Of a DNA stretch of 64,000 nt, positions 23,460 through 34,146 are shown piece after piece. Where the stretch lies: assembly GCA_004764695.1 (NCBI GenBank), contig SMSO01000035.1:2542001-2606000 (forward strand), in the 5' to 3' direction. The position numbers and the translations under genes are program-made. This DNA comes from Schizochytrium sp. TIO01. Taxonomy: Eukaryota > Protista > Bigyra: Labyrinthulomycetes. The notes beneath the pieces were generated by a model, which ran no database searches, was not told the DNA's origin, and saw nothing but the letters and a program-made list of their open reading frames with translations. How positions within the stretch are numbered: the first letter of the stretch is position 1; each line of letters opens with the position of its first letter.

Positions 23460-25007
23460 ATGGGTGCGGAGACAGCAACTCAGGACAGCTCTCGCGTCGT
23501 AGCGAAGAGCTGCATGGGCAAGCGCCAAAGAAAGCACCTCAAACTCCGTTTTGCTATGGATGAAGGGCGTCTCCCCAAGGTGAAAAAGGTGGCAAAGGAA
23601 GAAGATGGGGGCCAGCCCCATGTCCAAGGACGACAGCAGGATCTTGTTGAAGAGCAGAATGGACACGGGTTCCTTCCGGCACTGCCACAGCAGATTGTGA
23701 GGAATATTTTGGAGAACTACGTGGCTAGCCAAAAGGACCTGGTAAATTTGAGATCTGTGGATCGCGCGGCGAGACAAATGTGTACACAAATATTTGCTGA
23801 GAAAGCACTCTTGGAGCAAACTAGTCAGGCAGAATCCACCAAGTTTGCTCTACCGTGGTGCAAAGACCTTGAGGAGCTTGAGCTCTGCGATGTGGAGCTC
23901 TCGGATATGGAATTGTGCAACGTGGCCAGTAAGTGCCAAAAACTGAAGAAATTCACTGCGCTCAAGTGCACAAAGGTCACCGCACATGGCCTCCGCATGT
24001 TCTTCAGCCTCACACGCGGACTCGAGGAGCTCCACCTGGAGCACTGCGACCAACTCTTTGCTTCCACTCTTACTTGCCTTGTGGAGAAGTGCCCCAAATT
24101 GCGAAAGCTTAGTTTTGCGCACTGCCCGAACCTCGACTCCACCGGACTTCACGTCCTTGCGCGTTACGCTGCGCTTGAGGAGGTTGAGCTTCGCCAATGT
24201 GTTGATGTTCGTAATGACTCCATCTACGCGCTTCTTACCTCCTCCCACTCCAATATCCGCCGTCTCAGCTTGCAGGACTGCTCCCAGCTAGATGACACTA
24301 CCTTGCGTTGGGTAGCTCACCTGTGCCCTGCGCTTGAGTACCTCAACATTTCCGGCCTCGACCGCGTTTCAGACAAGGGTTTCGCCGCAGTCTCCAAGGG
24401 TTGCTCCCACCTTCGCCATATTGAGGCGCGTGGCTGCTCCAGCATCCGTTCTGCTGGTGTAGCCGTAGCTCTGCAGCTTTGCAAGAACCTTTGCCACCTC
24501 GATGTCAGCGGCACGAAAGTTGCTGATATTTGCTTCTTGTCTGTGCGCCCAGTTGTGCCCAACCTTGTGTTCCTTGGACTCAAGAATTGCAGCGAGCTCT
24601 CGCGCAAAGGTTTGGCAGAGGCAAAGAAGAAATACCCCTCTACGCAAATTTTTGCAAGCGGATTAAGCGAGCGTCGCAACTCAACTCTTTCTTGTTCAAC
24701 AGGAGAGGCCTCTCCCGGTTGCGAGTCATCCAGCTCTGCCACAATGAGCTGGACTGAGACTGATGTCGTACCGTCACAGACCATAAGCAAGATCAGCTCT
24801 GAGGTCTCTACGCCTACCAAGACTCCGCCTTCGCGGACGCTGGTTAGTCTGGTGCATGCAGCTCCGTTCATGCTTAAAGTTCACTCCCGTGGAGCCAAAA
24901 CGCGCCACAACCGTCTCAGCACACGTGCTATGCTCATGCAACAAATGATTGCGAACACGCACAATGCTCAACAGAGCGATAGTGAGGCGTCGGAATCTCT
25001 TGTCTAA
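23460..25007 (+). CDS. F-box/leucine-rich-repeat (FBXL-like) protein
   Basis: F-box-like LPALPQQIVRNILENY...LRSVDRAARQMC, then about 10 cysteine-containing LRRs (LxxLxLxxCxxL) and a Ser/Thr-rich tail; 515-aa intronless ORF. Confidence 0.88.
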   Translation: MGAETATQDSSRVVAKSCMGKRQRKHLKLRFAMDEGRLPKVKKVAKEEDGGQPHVQGRQQDLVEEQNGHGFLPALPQQIVRNILENYVASQKDLVNLRSVDRAARQMCTQIFAEKALLEQTSQAESTKFALPWCKDLEELELCDVELSDMELCNVASKCQKLKKFTALKCTKVTAHGLRMFFSLTRGLEELHLEHCDQLFASTLTCLVEKCPKLRKLSFAHCPNLDSTGLHVLARYAALEEVELRQCVDVRNDSIYALLTSSHSNIRRLSLQDCSQLDDTTLRWVAHLCPALEYLNISGLDRVSDKGFAAVSKGCSHLRHIEARGCSSIRSAGVAVALQLCKNLCHLDVSGTKVADICFLSVRPVVPNLVFLGLKNCSELSRKGLAEAKKKYPSTQIFASGLSERRNSTLSCSTGEASPGCESSSSATMSWTETDVVPSQTISKISSEVSTPTKTPPSRTLVSLVHAAPFMLKVHSRGAKTRHNRLSTRAMLMQQMIANTHNAQQSDSEASESLV

Positions 25008-25974
25008 GAGAACCTTTGAATCCACAAAATGCAAACATCCACGCACTTGCATATATACATATCATTGTATACATTACACACTCAATACAATCGCTGCGAG
25101 GATTCATCTGTATTCCTCGTTTGTTAGAATGCTTAGATACTTGGCAGACGTAGTACACTCGAATGTACCTAGAAAACTTTTTAATTTAATACAGAAGTGG
25201 AAGCCGCATGACTACCAAAGAACATATGTCGCGCTCAAAATAAACGCACCTGACACGGCCCTGCTTCATTTCTCTTCGAAACAAATACACAAATTTGAAA
25301 AAACAAAGACAGAAAAGACACGAAAACTCTTAAGCACCTTTCCTACTAATTATTATCGAATAAGAAATACATTTGAACCCATTATATACTACAGATGGTG
25401 GTATTCTACACATTTTTCAATACAAACTGTCGAGACTTCTCGCACCACGAATCCACCCCTAACAGTGCCCATGGTTGGTCCCTGACGATCATGCGTTGAA
25501 CATGGGTTCCTACATTGGAAAAATATTCTTCGAAGACAAGGATTACATGTGCTTTGAAATTTTAGTTTTAGTTGCTTCATACAATGGCACACAATGTGCA
25601 AAATACCAAGACCTGTACTAGAAACCCAGAAGTATGGATACAAAAGATTATTTCGAACGACTCGACTATCAACTAGACATTCCTGCAGGAGTCCCACAGG
25701 CATAATATGCGTTGCTCGCTGATGTTCATAACTGAGCTCTCTATGTACTTGAATCTCCTAAAGGTGGGCATGCTACACGTGCACATGCGAAGTCAATTTA
25801 TACATGCTTAGGCATTGGTGATGCATGGATATGATGTGCTGGTGCCAGAAGTGATCTGTCAAAGCTTTTTCAAACCGAATACAGTTTCCCCTAGGCCAAA
25901 CTTGGGACGGGGATGTTCTCCTTGACAGAGACGCTGCACATAATCTAATTGTATTTTTCTTGACATAAAGGCAA

Positions 25975-27081
25975 TTAGTCGCGCTCAAGAGCAGTTTGCA
26001 CGGCGTCTACAACCAGATTGACGTTTTCATGCGAGAGGCAAAACGCGTGAGTGACCGTTCCCGGAAGAACGTGGAAATAAGCTTTCGGGAATGCCTTGTG
26101 CATGCGCTCCACAATCTCGTGATGACACCAACGATCAATAGGTGAAAGTACAAATGTCATCTTGTCCATATGGGGCTTGAGTATGGTGTCATCAAAGTGG
26201 TCAACATCAAGAATCTCTTTCATCTCGTCATTAGCCATGTTTAGCACATTCTGAATTACAGTTGGGTTAACTAGCTTAATTCCATGTGAAACATAGTGAT
26301 CATCCACGCCAGGACAATCCTTCTCCATGACGGTCTTAACAAGGGCATGTTTCACGCGACCAGGCATCATGCCCACAATCATAGAAACTGGGTGCAAGGC
26401 CATATAAGCAAGACTACGAAGCCAAGGCTTATTCAGAAGAGGAGAAAGCTTGACACCATTTGGTGACTGTCCAATAAACATGACTGTAGGGCAGATGCCA
26501 ATGTAACGTGTCCATTTAACCTTCGGCATTTCGTGCATAATCTCAAGACCAACGCGAGCCCCAACAGAGTGACCAGAAACAAAAACTTGGGCGTCTTTAT
26601 CAGCAAACCAGGGAACTTCCTGATTCAGAACCGCGAGCTTATGTTTAATTTGCTCCTGGTAACTAATGGGTGCATGATCGCCTGGAGTCCATGAGCTGTG
26701 TCCAGCATGAGAGATGGCTACAACATGTACCTTTTCATCCATCCGAGTGTAGATTTGGCGAAGCATAGTAAGGTAAAAGTCTACTAAACCTGGGTTTCCA
26801 GGAAAGAAAAGGAACAGTTTCCGTGAAGATACTCCTCCATCGAAATGCACAAGGTCTCCTTCCAGCACACGATTGCCTACCTTGGTTGGTACACATCTGC
26901 GGATAGCCTTTTCATCCTCGAGCGCCGCTTTCTCCATGCTCGCAAAAGGCCCAGACGGAATACGCCTTGATCCGGCGCTTCGAAGTGCCGTGAAAAAAGA
27001 CGCCATTGCAGTGAATCCAGCAAGGGCCACAGCCTGAGCTGTTTGGATCATTTCCGAAACGAAAGACACCAGTCCTGGCAT
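25975..27081 (-). CDS. LDAH: Lipid droplet-associated serine hydrolase (LDAH/DUF2305 family, alpha/beta hydrolase)
   Basis: FFPGNPGLVDFY, ISHAGH, EQIKHK, nucleophile elbow GHSVG, SPNG, DRWC and HAFC motifs. Confidence 0.88.
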   Translation of the reverse strand: MPGLVSFVSEMIQTAQAVALAGFTAMASFFTALRSAGSRRIPSGPFASMEKAALEDEKAIRRCVPTKVGNRVLEGDLVHFDGGVSSRKLFLFFPGNPGLVDFYLTMLRQIYTRMDEKVHVVAISHAGHSSWTPGDHAPISYQEQIKHKLAVLNQEVPWFADKDAQVFVSGHSVGARVGLEIMHEMPKVKWTRYIGICPTVMFIGQSPNGVKLSPLLNKPWLRSLAYMALHPVSMIVGMMPGRVKHALVKTVMEKDCPGVDDHYVSHGIKLVNPTVIQNVLNMANDEMKEILDVDHFDDTILKPHMDKMTFVLSPIDRWCHHEIVERMHKAFPKAYFHVLPGTVTHAFCLSHENVNLVVDAVQTALERD

Positions 27082-28180
27082 CGGTCAACAGTAAATTACT
27101 TTTGTACAGAGCAAGGCGTTCAATCTGCTAATCTATTCTTCCCTCCTTCACTCCGCAAAAAATAAAAGAAAAAGAATCCTTTTCGATACCAAGCTTCAAG
27201 GCAACTTTTGAAGGACCCCCACTGCACAGGCCCTCTTACTTGGCGACAACGCTAAAGACCAAGCAAGCCTTCAGATCCATCAATCAATCAATACCTCGGC
27301 CTAGGTAAGCTCAAAGTGAGCTGTTCTACCAAAGCCAATGTTTTAATGCAGCAACCTCACCTAATCCCTGCCAAACCCCGAGTGTTCAGAGGGCCTTGGA
27401 CGCGGAATTCTCCAACAGTTGCAGTACTGTATCTTCATCACCTTGATGATCATCATCATCGTCATCAGCTGCAATGAGGCCAGAAGAACAACTGGTAGAA
27501 AAAAGAACAGCAAACGACTAGGCAGTGGCTACTAGGTACTATCTGCCTGGAACCCAGTACTACCGAGTTCTACTCTCGCTAGAATAGAACGAACTAGCCT
27601 ACTAGTAGAAGAGCCAACAAGCATGGAACCACCAAAGAACCACTGCAGAACTCTAGCTGCTACTGTGGAGATAAATAGGGTAGTTTTATACGAGTGGAAC
27701 CACAGTCTGGGGTATTAGTATGAGGGAGTTGGGGTACTCGTATTTCATTTTGAAACACCAAGTTTGCTTCAGAGGACATTCTTCGTTTCCTGCACTTTCC
27801 TCGTGTTCTCAAGCTCGGTCTTTCCTCTGTACGCCCCGACCTCCGAAACCTGAGCGCTCTTCAGGGTCTCATTGCTTGATCCTATACCTCAGCTTGATCT
27901 CCTCCCTCACCTCCGAGCTCCACGATGTTTTGCAGGCCAGAAGAAGAACTCTGATCTCAGGAGACCTGCGCATTTCATACAGACTCCGCTAGGAACACTC
28001 AACCCACCATTAGGACCTATTTCGCATAGTAATATGCTAAATTTCAGCAGCTTGCGTATTAGTATGCTGTCTCTGTGCAGCGCTTGCAATTGCTTACTCG
28101 TACAGAAAGTCATAGCTAAGCTTTAGAGCACCAGAGGCAGTCCAGAAAAGAGAGGGAAAAGACAACAATGACGATCGAAA

Positions 28181-28229
28181 TAGAAAATAGAAAATAGAAA
28201 ATAGAAAATAGAAAATAGAAAATAGAAAA
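28181..28229. repeat. (TAGAAAA)7 tandem repeat upstream of NFU1
   Basis: Directly visible. Confidence 0.95.
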
Positions 28230-28430
28230 GCAGCAGGCGAAGCAGAAGCACAGCAAATCCAAATCTAGGCCAAGCGCGTCGCTCCTGGTCAAGGACGATT
28301 GAGATACCTACCTATCAGACCCTTTTGTGTCGATCTCTTTGAAACCCAGTCTTTCGTAGGCCGTCTTCGCCTCGAATTTCTTTGCGACTCGCTCTTGACT
28401 TAGCTTTCTTCATCAGATCATCACGACATC

Positions 28431-29252
28431 ATGTTGACCCGAATTCTTGCCCAAAGCGCTCGCTCTGGCCGTCTTGCCAGCGGTGTCGCCGCTTCCCGTG
28501 GAGTTGTTCGTGGTCAAAGACAGCTCTCTGTGCTCGCAGGACCTGGCCCGAGACGCGGAGTGGCCCTCCAGGCAGCTCCCCTGCCGCTACGCTCGGCTGC
28601 ATGGCGTCATGGAGGCGCGAGATCTCTCTTCATCCAGACTGAAGAAACACCAAACCCGGCGTCGCTCAAGTTTATTCCGGGCAAAGAGGTCCTCCCCGAG
28701 GAGTTTGGAAGCTCCATGGAGTTCCTCAGGGACACGCCTACCAACAACTCGCCTCTGGCACGCCTGCTCATGCGCCTGAACGGCGTCAACAACGTGTTCT
28801 TGAGCCAAGAATATGTCACGATCAGCAAAAACGATAGTGTGGAATGGGCTCAACTCAAGCCTGAGGTCTTTGCCACCATCATGGATTTCTATGCTGGAGA
28901 TAAGCCTGCTGTGACCGGACCCATGGAGATGGAGCAGGACGAGTACCCTGACGAGGATAACGAGATTGTTGAGCTCATCAAGGAGCTTCTTGAGGAGAGA
29001 ATTCGACCCATGGTCCAGGAGGACGGAGGAGATATCTTCTTCAAGGGCTTTGACGAAGAAACAGGAATCGTCAGCGTCAGGCTTGCGGGATCCTGTGCAG
29101 GATGCCCGAGTTCCACCGTCACACTCAAGCACGGTGTGGAGAACATGCTCATGCACTACATCCCGGAGGTTACCGGAGTGCACTCCATTGGAGAGCTGGA
29201 CGAAAGCCCCGACGTTCGCGTCCTGCAGTACAAGCAAGATGACTCTGTCTAA
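28431..29252 (+). CDS. NFU1: Mitochondrial NFU1 iron-sulfur cluster scaffold
   Basis: Arg/Ala-rich presequence; Nfu_N domain LFIQTEETPNPASLKF; NifU-C domain IRPMVQEDGGDI...GSCAGCPSSTVTLKHGVENMLMHYIPEV. Confidence 0.95.
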   Translation: MLTRILAQSARSGRLASGVAASRGVVRGQRQLSVLAGPGPRRGVALQAAPLPLRSAAWRHGGARSLFIQTEETPNPASLKFIPGKEVLPEEFGSSMEFLRDTPTNNSPLARLLMRLNGVNNVFLSQEYVTISKNDSVEWAQLKPEVFATIMDFYAGDKPAVTGPMEMEQDEYPDEDNEIVELIKELLEERIRPMVQEDGGDIFFKGFDEETGIVSVRLAGSCAGCPSSTVTLKHGVENMLMHYIPEVTGVHSIGELDESPDVRVLQYKQDDSV

Positions 29253-29989
29253 ACAAAAAGAAAAAGTACCTAACGAAGCCTGCCTGCAAGTTTATATTTT
29301 ATTGTCATGTCATGTCGCATTGAGTTGCCTTTTACTTTAACTGAGTATATGTGGGACTATCTGCTTGCTTACTCACTGTTATCTTTGGAAAGAACAAAGT
29401 GTGCAAAAGCCTTGTGCTATGGAGTTCCCGCTCATGCTTGGATGCCACATGCCACGCCATCACTGCAGAAGGATTTGAGTTATTAAAGAAAAGATAGGAA
29501 AAATTGAAAAAAGAAAAGAAAAGAAAGGGAGCCGTGAGACAAACCTTTCCAGCCTGTCGAGAGCGTGTTTTCGTTTTTACAAGTGAAGGCGTCTTGGCCT
29601 TTTTCGGAGGGACCTTGGAGGTGATGAAAGGGATTCGTCTTTATTTTGCGGCTGCAGCCACGTAATGTATTCAAGTACGAGAATCATTTCCAACTATATT
29701 TTAAAAGAAAAAAAGATTATGAAAAAAGCAAAAAAGGATAGTGTTAGATTTCAAGATTCTATTATCGCCAGTCTTGGAGAATTCCCGCAACCTATGGGCA
29801 GAAATTTTCCTTCTTGTTTGTTCTTGTGGATTGGCTGGGTCATGCGACCCCTTGTGAATCTGTTTAAGCATAATACATGAATGAAATGAGCGGGTCGACC
29901 AGTTCGAAAAAATGAGCCCATACTCCAGGCGAAAATGTAGGTAGGCCTTCGATAGGCACACTCTTGTACATCATCAAAACGTCGTTTCA

Positions 29990-32182
29990 CTACATAATCG
30001 TGAAAAGTGTCAACGAGATTGCAAGCAAATTCGCAACAAATGAGGACGGACTAATGTAACCTGCTGAGGACGGAGAATTGGCATCCTCGCCATAAATGTC
30101 AATGGTTGTTGGCATAGCAGTTGTATCGCGCGTTGTACTTGGCGTCGGTGCTACTGGTGCCTGCGTCGGCAAAACCGTTGGTGAGGTGGGGACTCCTGTT
30201 GTCGGAAGATGCGTAGGCGTTTGAGTTGGGTTCAAGGTTGTCGGCTTTGACGTAGGAGTTTTGGTTGGCGTATCCGTAGGGGAGTTGGTTGGCTTTCCCG
30301 TAGGCGTCGTAGTTGGATACGGCGATGGGTTTCGAGTAGGATAAGGCGTTGGAGAAAGTGTAGGAACATTGGTCGGGGTCCCAGTGGGTGCGTATGTGTA
30401 GCTCGAACATGTGTCACTGCTTGAGGTCCACTCACACAAGAAATCCTCTTGGCTCTCACATTCCGTCTTGTTGGTGGAAGACCATAGGTTGCATGGATCA
30501 TCATAGCAATACGGAATATAAGCGCTTTCAGCAAGGCACGAGGGCGTACGAGCTTCCGGTAAAAGTGCTGTCAAGCGATCTACATCGTCCGGTAAATCTG
30601 AAGTTAGGTTAGATGCTTCAAATGGATCAGATAATACATCGTACAATTCGAAAGAACCTTGTCGCGGCACATTTTGCACGAGCTTTAGCACTTGATTTGG
30701 CCAGTTCGAAAGGTCAAAGAGACCGAAACCACAGCCAGCATACTTGTTCCATGTCACAGGACAGACCTGACCAGCAGGTCGTTCAACGCCATCACTTATA
30801 AAACACATTTCGGTGTAAACATAGGATCGCGTTGTTGAATTGAATCCGGACGCAGTATCGTTCGCGCTTATAAAAATCGGCTTGAGGTCCATGCCATGAC
30901 CAGGGAGATTTTGAAGTAGATCAAGACTCGAATCGTTGTTTGCAATCCCAGCAAACGAAGCAAAAGTCAATGGCATATCATATAACGCGATCGGATAGTA
31001 GGAAACTGTTCCAGCAGGAATTTGACCAGGCCACCACGCAAGGAATGGCACACGTGTTCCACCAGAATGCAAATAACGTTTAAGGCCTTTCAGACCGCCG
31101 GTGCCATAGAAATCGATGGCGGGATCATAGTCTGCATCAGCATATGCTTCTCTGTGCGCACCATTATCGCTTGAGAAAACAATAAGCGTGTTATTTTCTT
31201 GGCCATGCTCCTTAAGCTTTGCTAACAAATATCGAAGATCCTCATCAATAGTGTACTCCATCATACTCATGAGGCCTCGAATTTCGGGCGTTGTGCGACC
31301 TGTACCATTCAAGTTTTCAACAGTATAGCGTCCGTACGATAGTACAGGATGAGTTCGCAAAACACAGTGTTTGGCATTATTACGATTCTCTACATATTCC
31401 CAGTTTGTTGAATGGCCTGCAGTTGTAGCCCAATATAAAAAGAATGGTTTGTCCAAAGTCACCGCTTCGTCAATCCATGAAAGAGCCTGTTCACGAAAGG
31501 CAAGATCCATGTAAGTACAGGTGGAGTTCTCGCCGAAACAGAGCTCCTCACTTGCATCGGCGTTCTCCGTGTATGTGATGGTTTCAGGGGAGTCGGCCGA
31601 TGATGCATTGCAAGCACCCATCGTTTGCGGAAATGCCTCGCCCAAGGAAGCGTGAGTAAATTTGCCAAAGAACTTGTCAAACCCTTGGTAGCAAGGGCTA
31701 CCGGAAGACGATGAGCTCGCCGTCACACCCCACTTGCCAACTGCATAAGTAGAATAATTGTGTGCCGACAAAACTTTAGCCATGGTTGTGCGATTCGCCT
31801 GGATATCAACGTCTGCTGAGCTATCTCCGTACCCGTTACCTCGAACATATTGGTGGCCGGTGGAGATGCCTGTAATCAGTGAGTGACGCGATGGTGCACA
31901 GATAGGTGAAGCCGCATAAGCACGAAGAAAACGTTTGCCTTGGCGTGCCATTAGTTCAAGTGTAGGCGTGTGGATTCTCCTTGCTTCAGGAATCGCCTCA
32001 AGAGCCGATGTGTTGTCCACAAATGACCATTCTGGAGCATGCTGTGTCAAAGAGCCACTCCCGACATCATCTGCGAGATAAAATACAATATTTGGCCTTG
32101 TGGCTTCTACTCGTGCCCTCCATGCTACGAGCTGGCAAAAGACAACAACAGCGACGACTCCGTGTCTAAGTGCGGCATACAT
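29990..32182 (-). CDS. S1 (formylglycine-dependent) sulfatase with signal peptide, one Cys repeat, Pro/Thr stalk and predicted GPI anchor
   Basis: PNIVFYLADD, CAPSRHSLITG, GKWG, PFFLYW...GH, SSDNG, GLKR, ELYDVLSDPFE; (PTxx)n stalk at about 30130-30395; small residues followed by a hydrophobic C-terminus (SSFVANLLAISLTLFTIM). Confidence 0.93.
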   Translation of the reverse strand: MYAALRHGVVAVVVFCQLVAWRARVEATRPNIVFYLADDVGSGSLTQHAPEWSFVDNTSALEAIPEARRIHTPTLELMARQGKRFLRAYAASPICAPSRHSLITGISTGHQYVRGNGYGDSSADVDIQANRTTMAKVLSAHNYSTYAVGKWGVTASSSSSGSPCYQGFDKFFGKFTHASLGEAFPQTMGACNASSADSPETITYTENADASEELCFGENSTCTYMDLAFREQALSWIDEAVTLDKPFFLYWATTAGHSTNWEYVENRNNAKHCVLRTHPVLSYGRYTVENLNGTGRTTPEIRGLMSMMEYTIDEDLRYLLAKLKEHGQENNTLIVFSSDNGAHREAYADADYDPAIDFYGTGGLKGLKRYLHSGGTRVPFLAWWPGQIPAGTVSYYPIALYDMPLTFASFAGIANNDSSLDLLQNLPGHGMDLKPIFISANDTASGFNSTTRSYVYTEMCFISDGVERPAGQVCPVTWNKYAGCGFGLFDLSNWPNQVLKLVQNVPRQGSFELYDVLSDPFEASNLTSDLPDDVDRLTALLPEARTPSCLAESAYIPYCYDDPCNLWSSTNKTECESQEDFLCEWTSSSDTCSSYTYAPTGTPTNVPTLSPTPYPTRNPSPYPTTTPTGKPTNSPTDTPTKTPTSKPTTLNPTQTPTHLPTTGVPTSPTVLPTQAPVAPTPSTTRDTTAMPTTIDIYGEDANSPSSAGYISPSSFVANLLAISLTLFTIM

Positions 32183-33097
32183 GATGCTTTGTCAATGAGT
32201 CCCTGCCCTCGTCCTGGGGCGAATTTCGCCTCAGGCGTCACCAATGTCTGTGTCGGCTCACAGACTGAACTTAGTTATCACCGCGTCAAGAACCACCTTC
32301 TCCGCTGTGAATCGCAAAGTTTCTGGTTTGCTTTCCCGTCAGGAGTTGCCTTGCACGAACTTTTTTCTAAGTCTACACCGCGGCCTTGTTCTCCGGACAG
32401 TGACTGGAAAGGTGGCTAGCCACAGCTATGTCTCCTCTAAAAATTGTCCAGCTGATCGCCCGTCCTGGCAGCGGCGTTGGACTAGTTCAGGTTCTGTTGC
32501 ACGGCAACTTGTGCAGCAGCTGGTTTGAGTTTGCTGCGTCAGTGGCGTTGACCTTGTTCTGCTGGTTTCAGGAGCGCTGCTTCGGTACTTTTGAGAGGCC
32601 GTGCAGAAAGAAAGCACCTGAAATGGAAAGTTTAAAAGAAACACACAAGAAGTGAAGCTGGTTCTTCTTGTTTTGCCTTGAGTTCGTTCTATTCTGACCC
32701 GCAGAGAACAACTCCGAGGAATGCTCTCGCGATTGTTGCTTTGTTGTGACATTGAACGTGATTATTGTCCAGAAAATTGATTGCTTGTCACCCAATTTTA
32801 ACTTAATCTTAAAAAAAAAAAAAAAAATTATTTCTAAATATGTGTGATAATTGATTCCTTGATTATTGTCCTTCCTATGTGGTCCCATCCGCTCCTGCGC
32901 AGGAGTACTTTGATTGGATTAGCCTCGCGACCGATCCAGCAAAGCCAGGTTGTGGCAGACCTCGACAAGACGCTCGCTTGGTAGGAGTGGGGGAACTGGC
33001 ATGGATGTCTTCAAGTTGGCTGTTGCGATGTTCCGAAATGGACTGCACGATTCGGAAGACTCCGTCAAAAGAAACTAGCATCACAATGACTGCCGCA

Positions 33098-33161
33098 ATA
33101 CATAAATACATACATAAATACATACATACATACATACATACATACATACATACATACATAC
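33098..33161. repeat. (CATA)n microsatellite
   Basis: Directly visible. Confidence 0.95.
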
Positions 33162-33928
33162 ACCTTTGTGTTTTGTGCAATTCACATCAAACCTTCGAGA
33201 CAGGTTTGGGCCGTGCTGTGAACTCGTAGGACTTGGCATCGTCGAAGCACCTGCCGCTTAGACTGCAAGATCGGCATCGTGCAAAAGAGACGCGGCACAA
33301 TAAGTGCCATTCGGTCGCTGTACTATGCATCGAATCAATTTGATCAATTCCTCAGAAACGTTCTCTCGAACACCATTTCTGCGCTCCTTTTAGGCGTATC
33401 AGGAGTGCATCATCTAATTGTGATCAATGCTGATATCCAATCCACCTGAACGGCAATGATTCGCGCAAGAAACTCCAAAGCACTTGCTCCGCTTGCCGAC
33501 ACTCCCGATATCATGGCAGTCCGCTCCGACAAAATAACTACGACTTGCTTCACTTGAAGAGATGATCCCTCGCGAGAAAGAATGAAACCAATAGGCACGA
33601 ACAGCTTCTCAAGTCTTCGTTTCGCTGAAGATCAAAGCAGCCAGGTGCCTAGCTAGACCTGCCTGCCCACATACGAGACGCTCAGGAGCGGTCTAGGGTG
33701 CATACACAGCAGCGAGAAGCGAACGAGGGTAAGAGTGGCGCTCGAAAGTACGATAAACGCCTCAACTTCTTTCCATTAGCTAGTTACGATGAGGCTTGGC
33801 ACAGGTGTCTTTGTAATACAACCGTAGTGTAGTGTAGTGTAGTGCAGGGAAGCAGATAGCAGTTCCCTCGATCGTATTCTTCTGCTTCACGCACAGCATT
33901 GGTGCAGTCGTAGACGTACATATACTGC

Positions 33929-34037
33929 TTGATTGATGTATTGATTGATTGATGTGTTGATTTACTGATTTATTGATTGATTGATTTACTGATTGATTGA
34001 TTTACTGATTGATTGATTTACTGATTGATTGATTTAC

Positions 34038-34070
<33 letters not shown>

Positions 34071-34073
34071 TAC

Positions 34074-34106
<33 letters not shown>

Positions 34107-34146
34107 CATTCATTCATTCATTCATTCATTCATTCATTCATTCATT
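33929..34146. repeat. (GATT)n to (CATT)n compound microsatellite with a 16-bp higher-order unit GATTTACTGATTGATT
   Basis: Directly visible. Confidence 0.95.

Noticed and set aside
28587-29237. 216-aa antisense ORF within NFU1, and similar shadow ORFs in DDX49, the F-box gene and the sulfatases
   Set aside because: Shadows of well-supported genes on another strand or frame.
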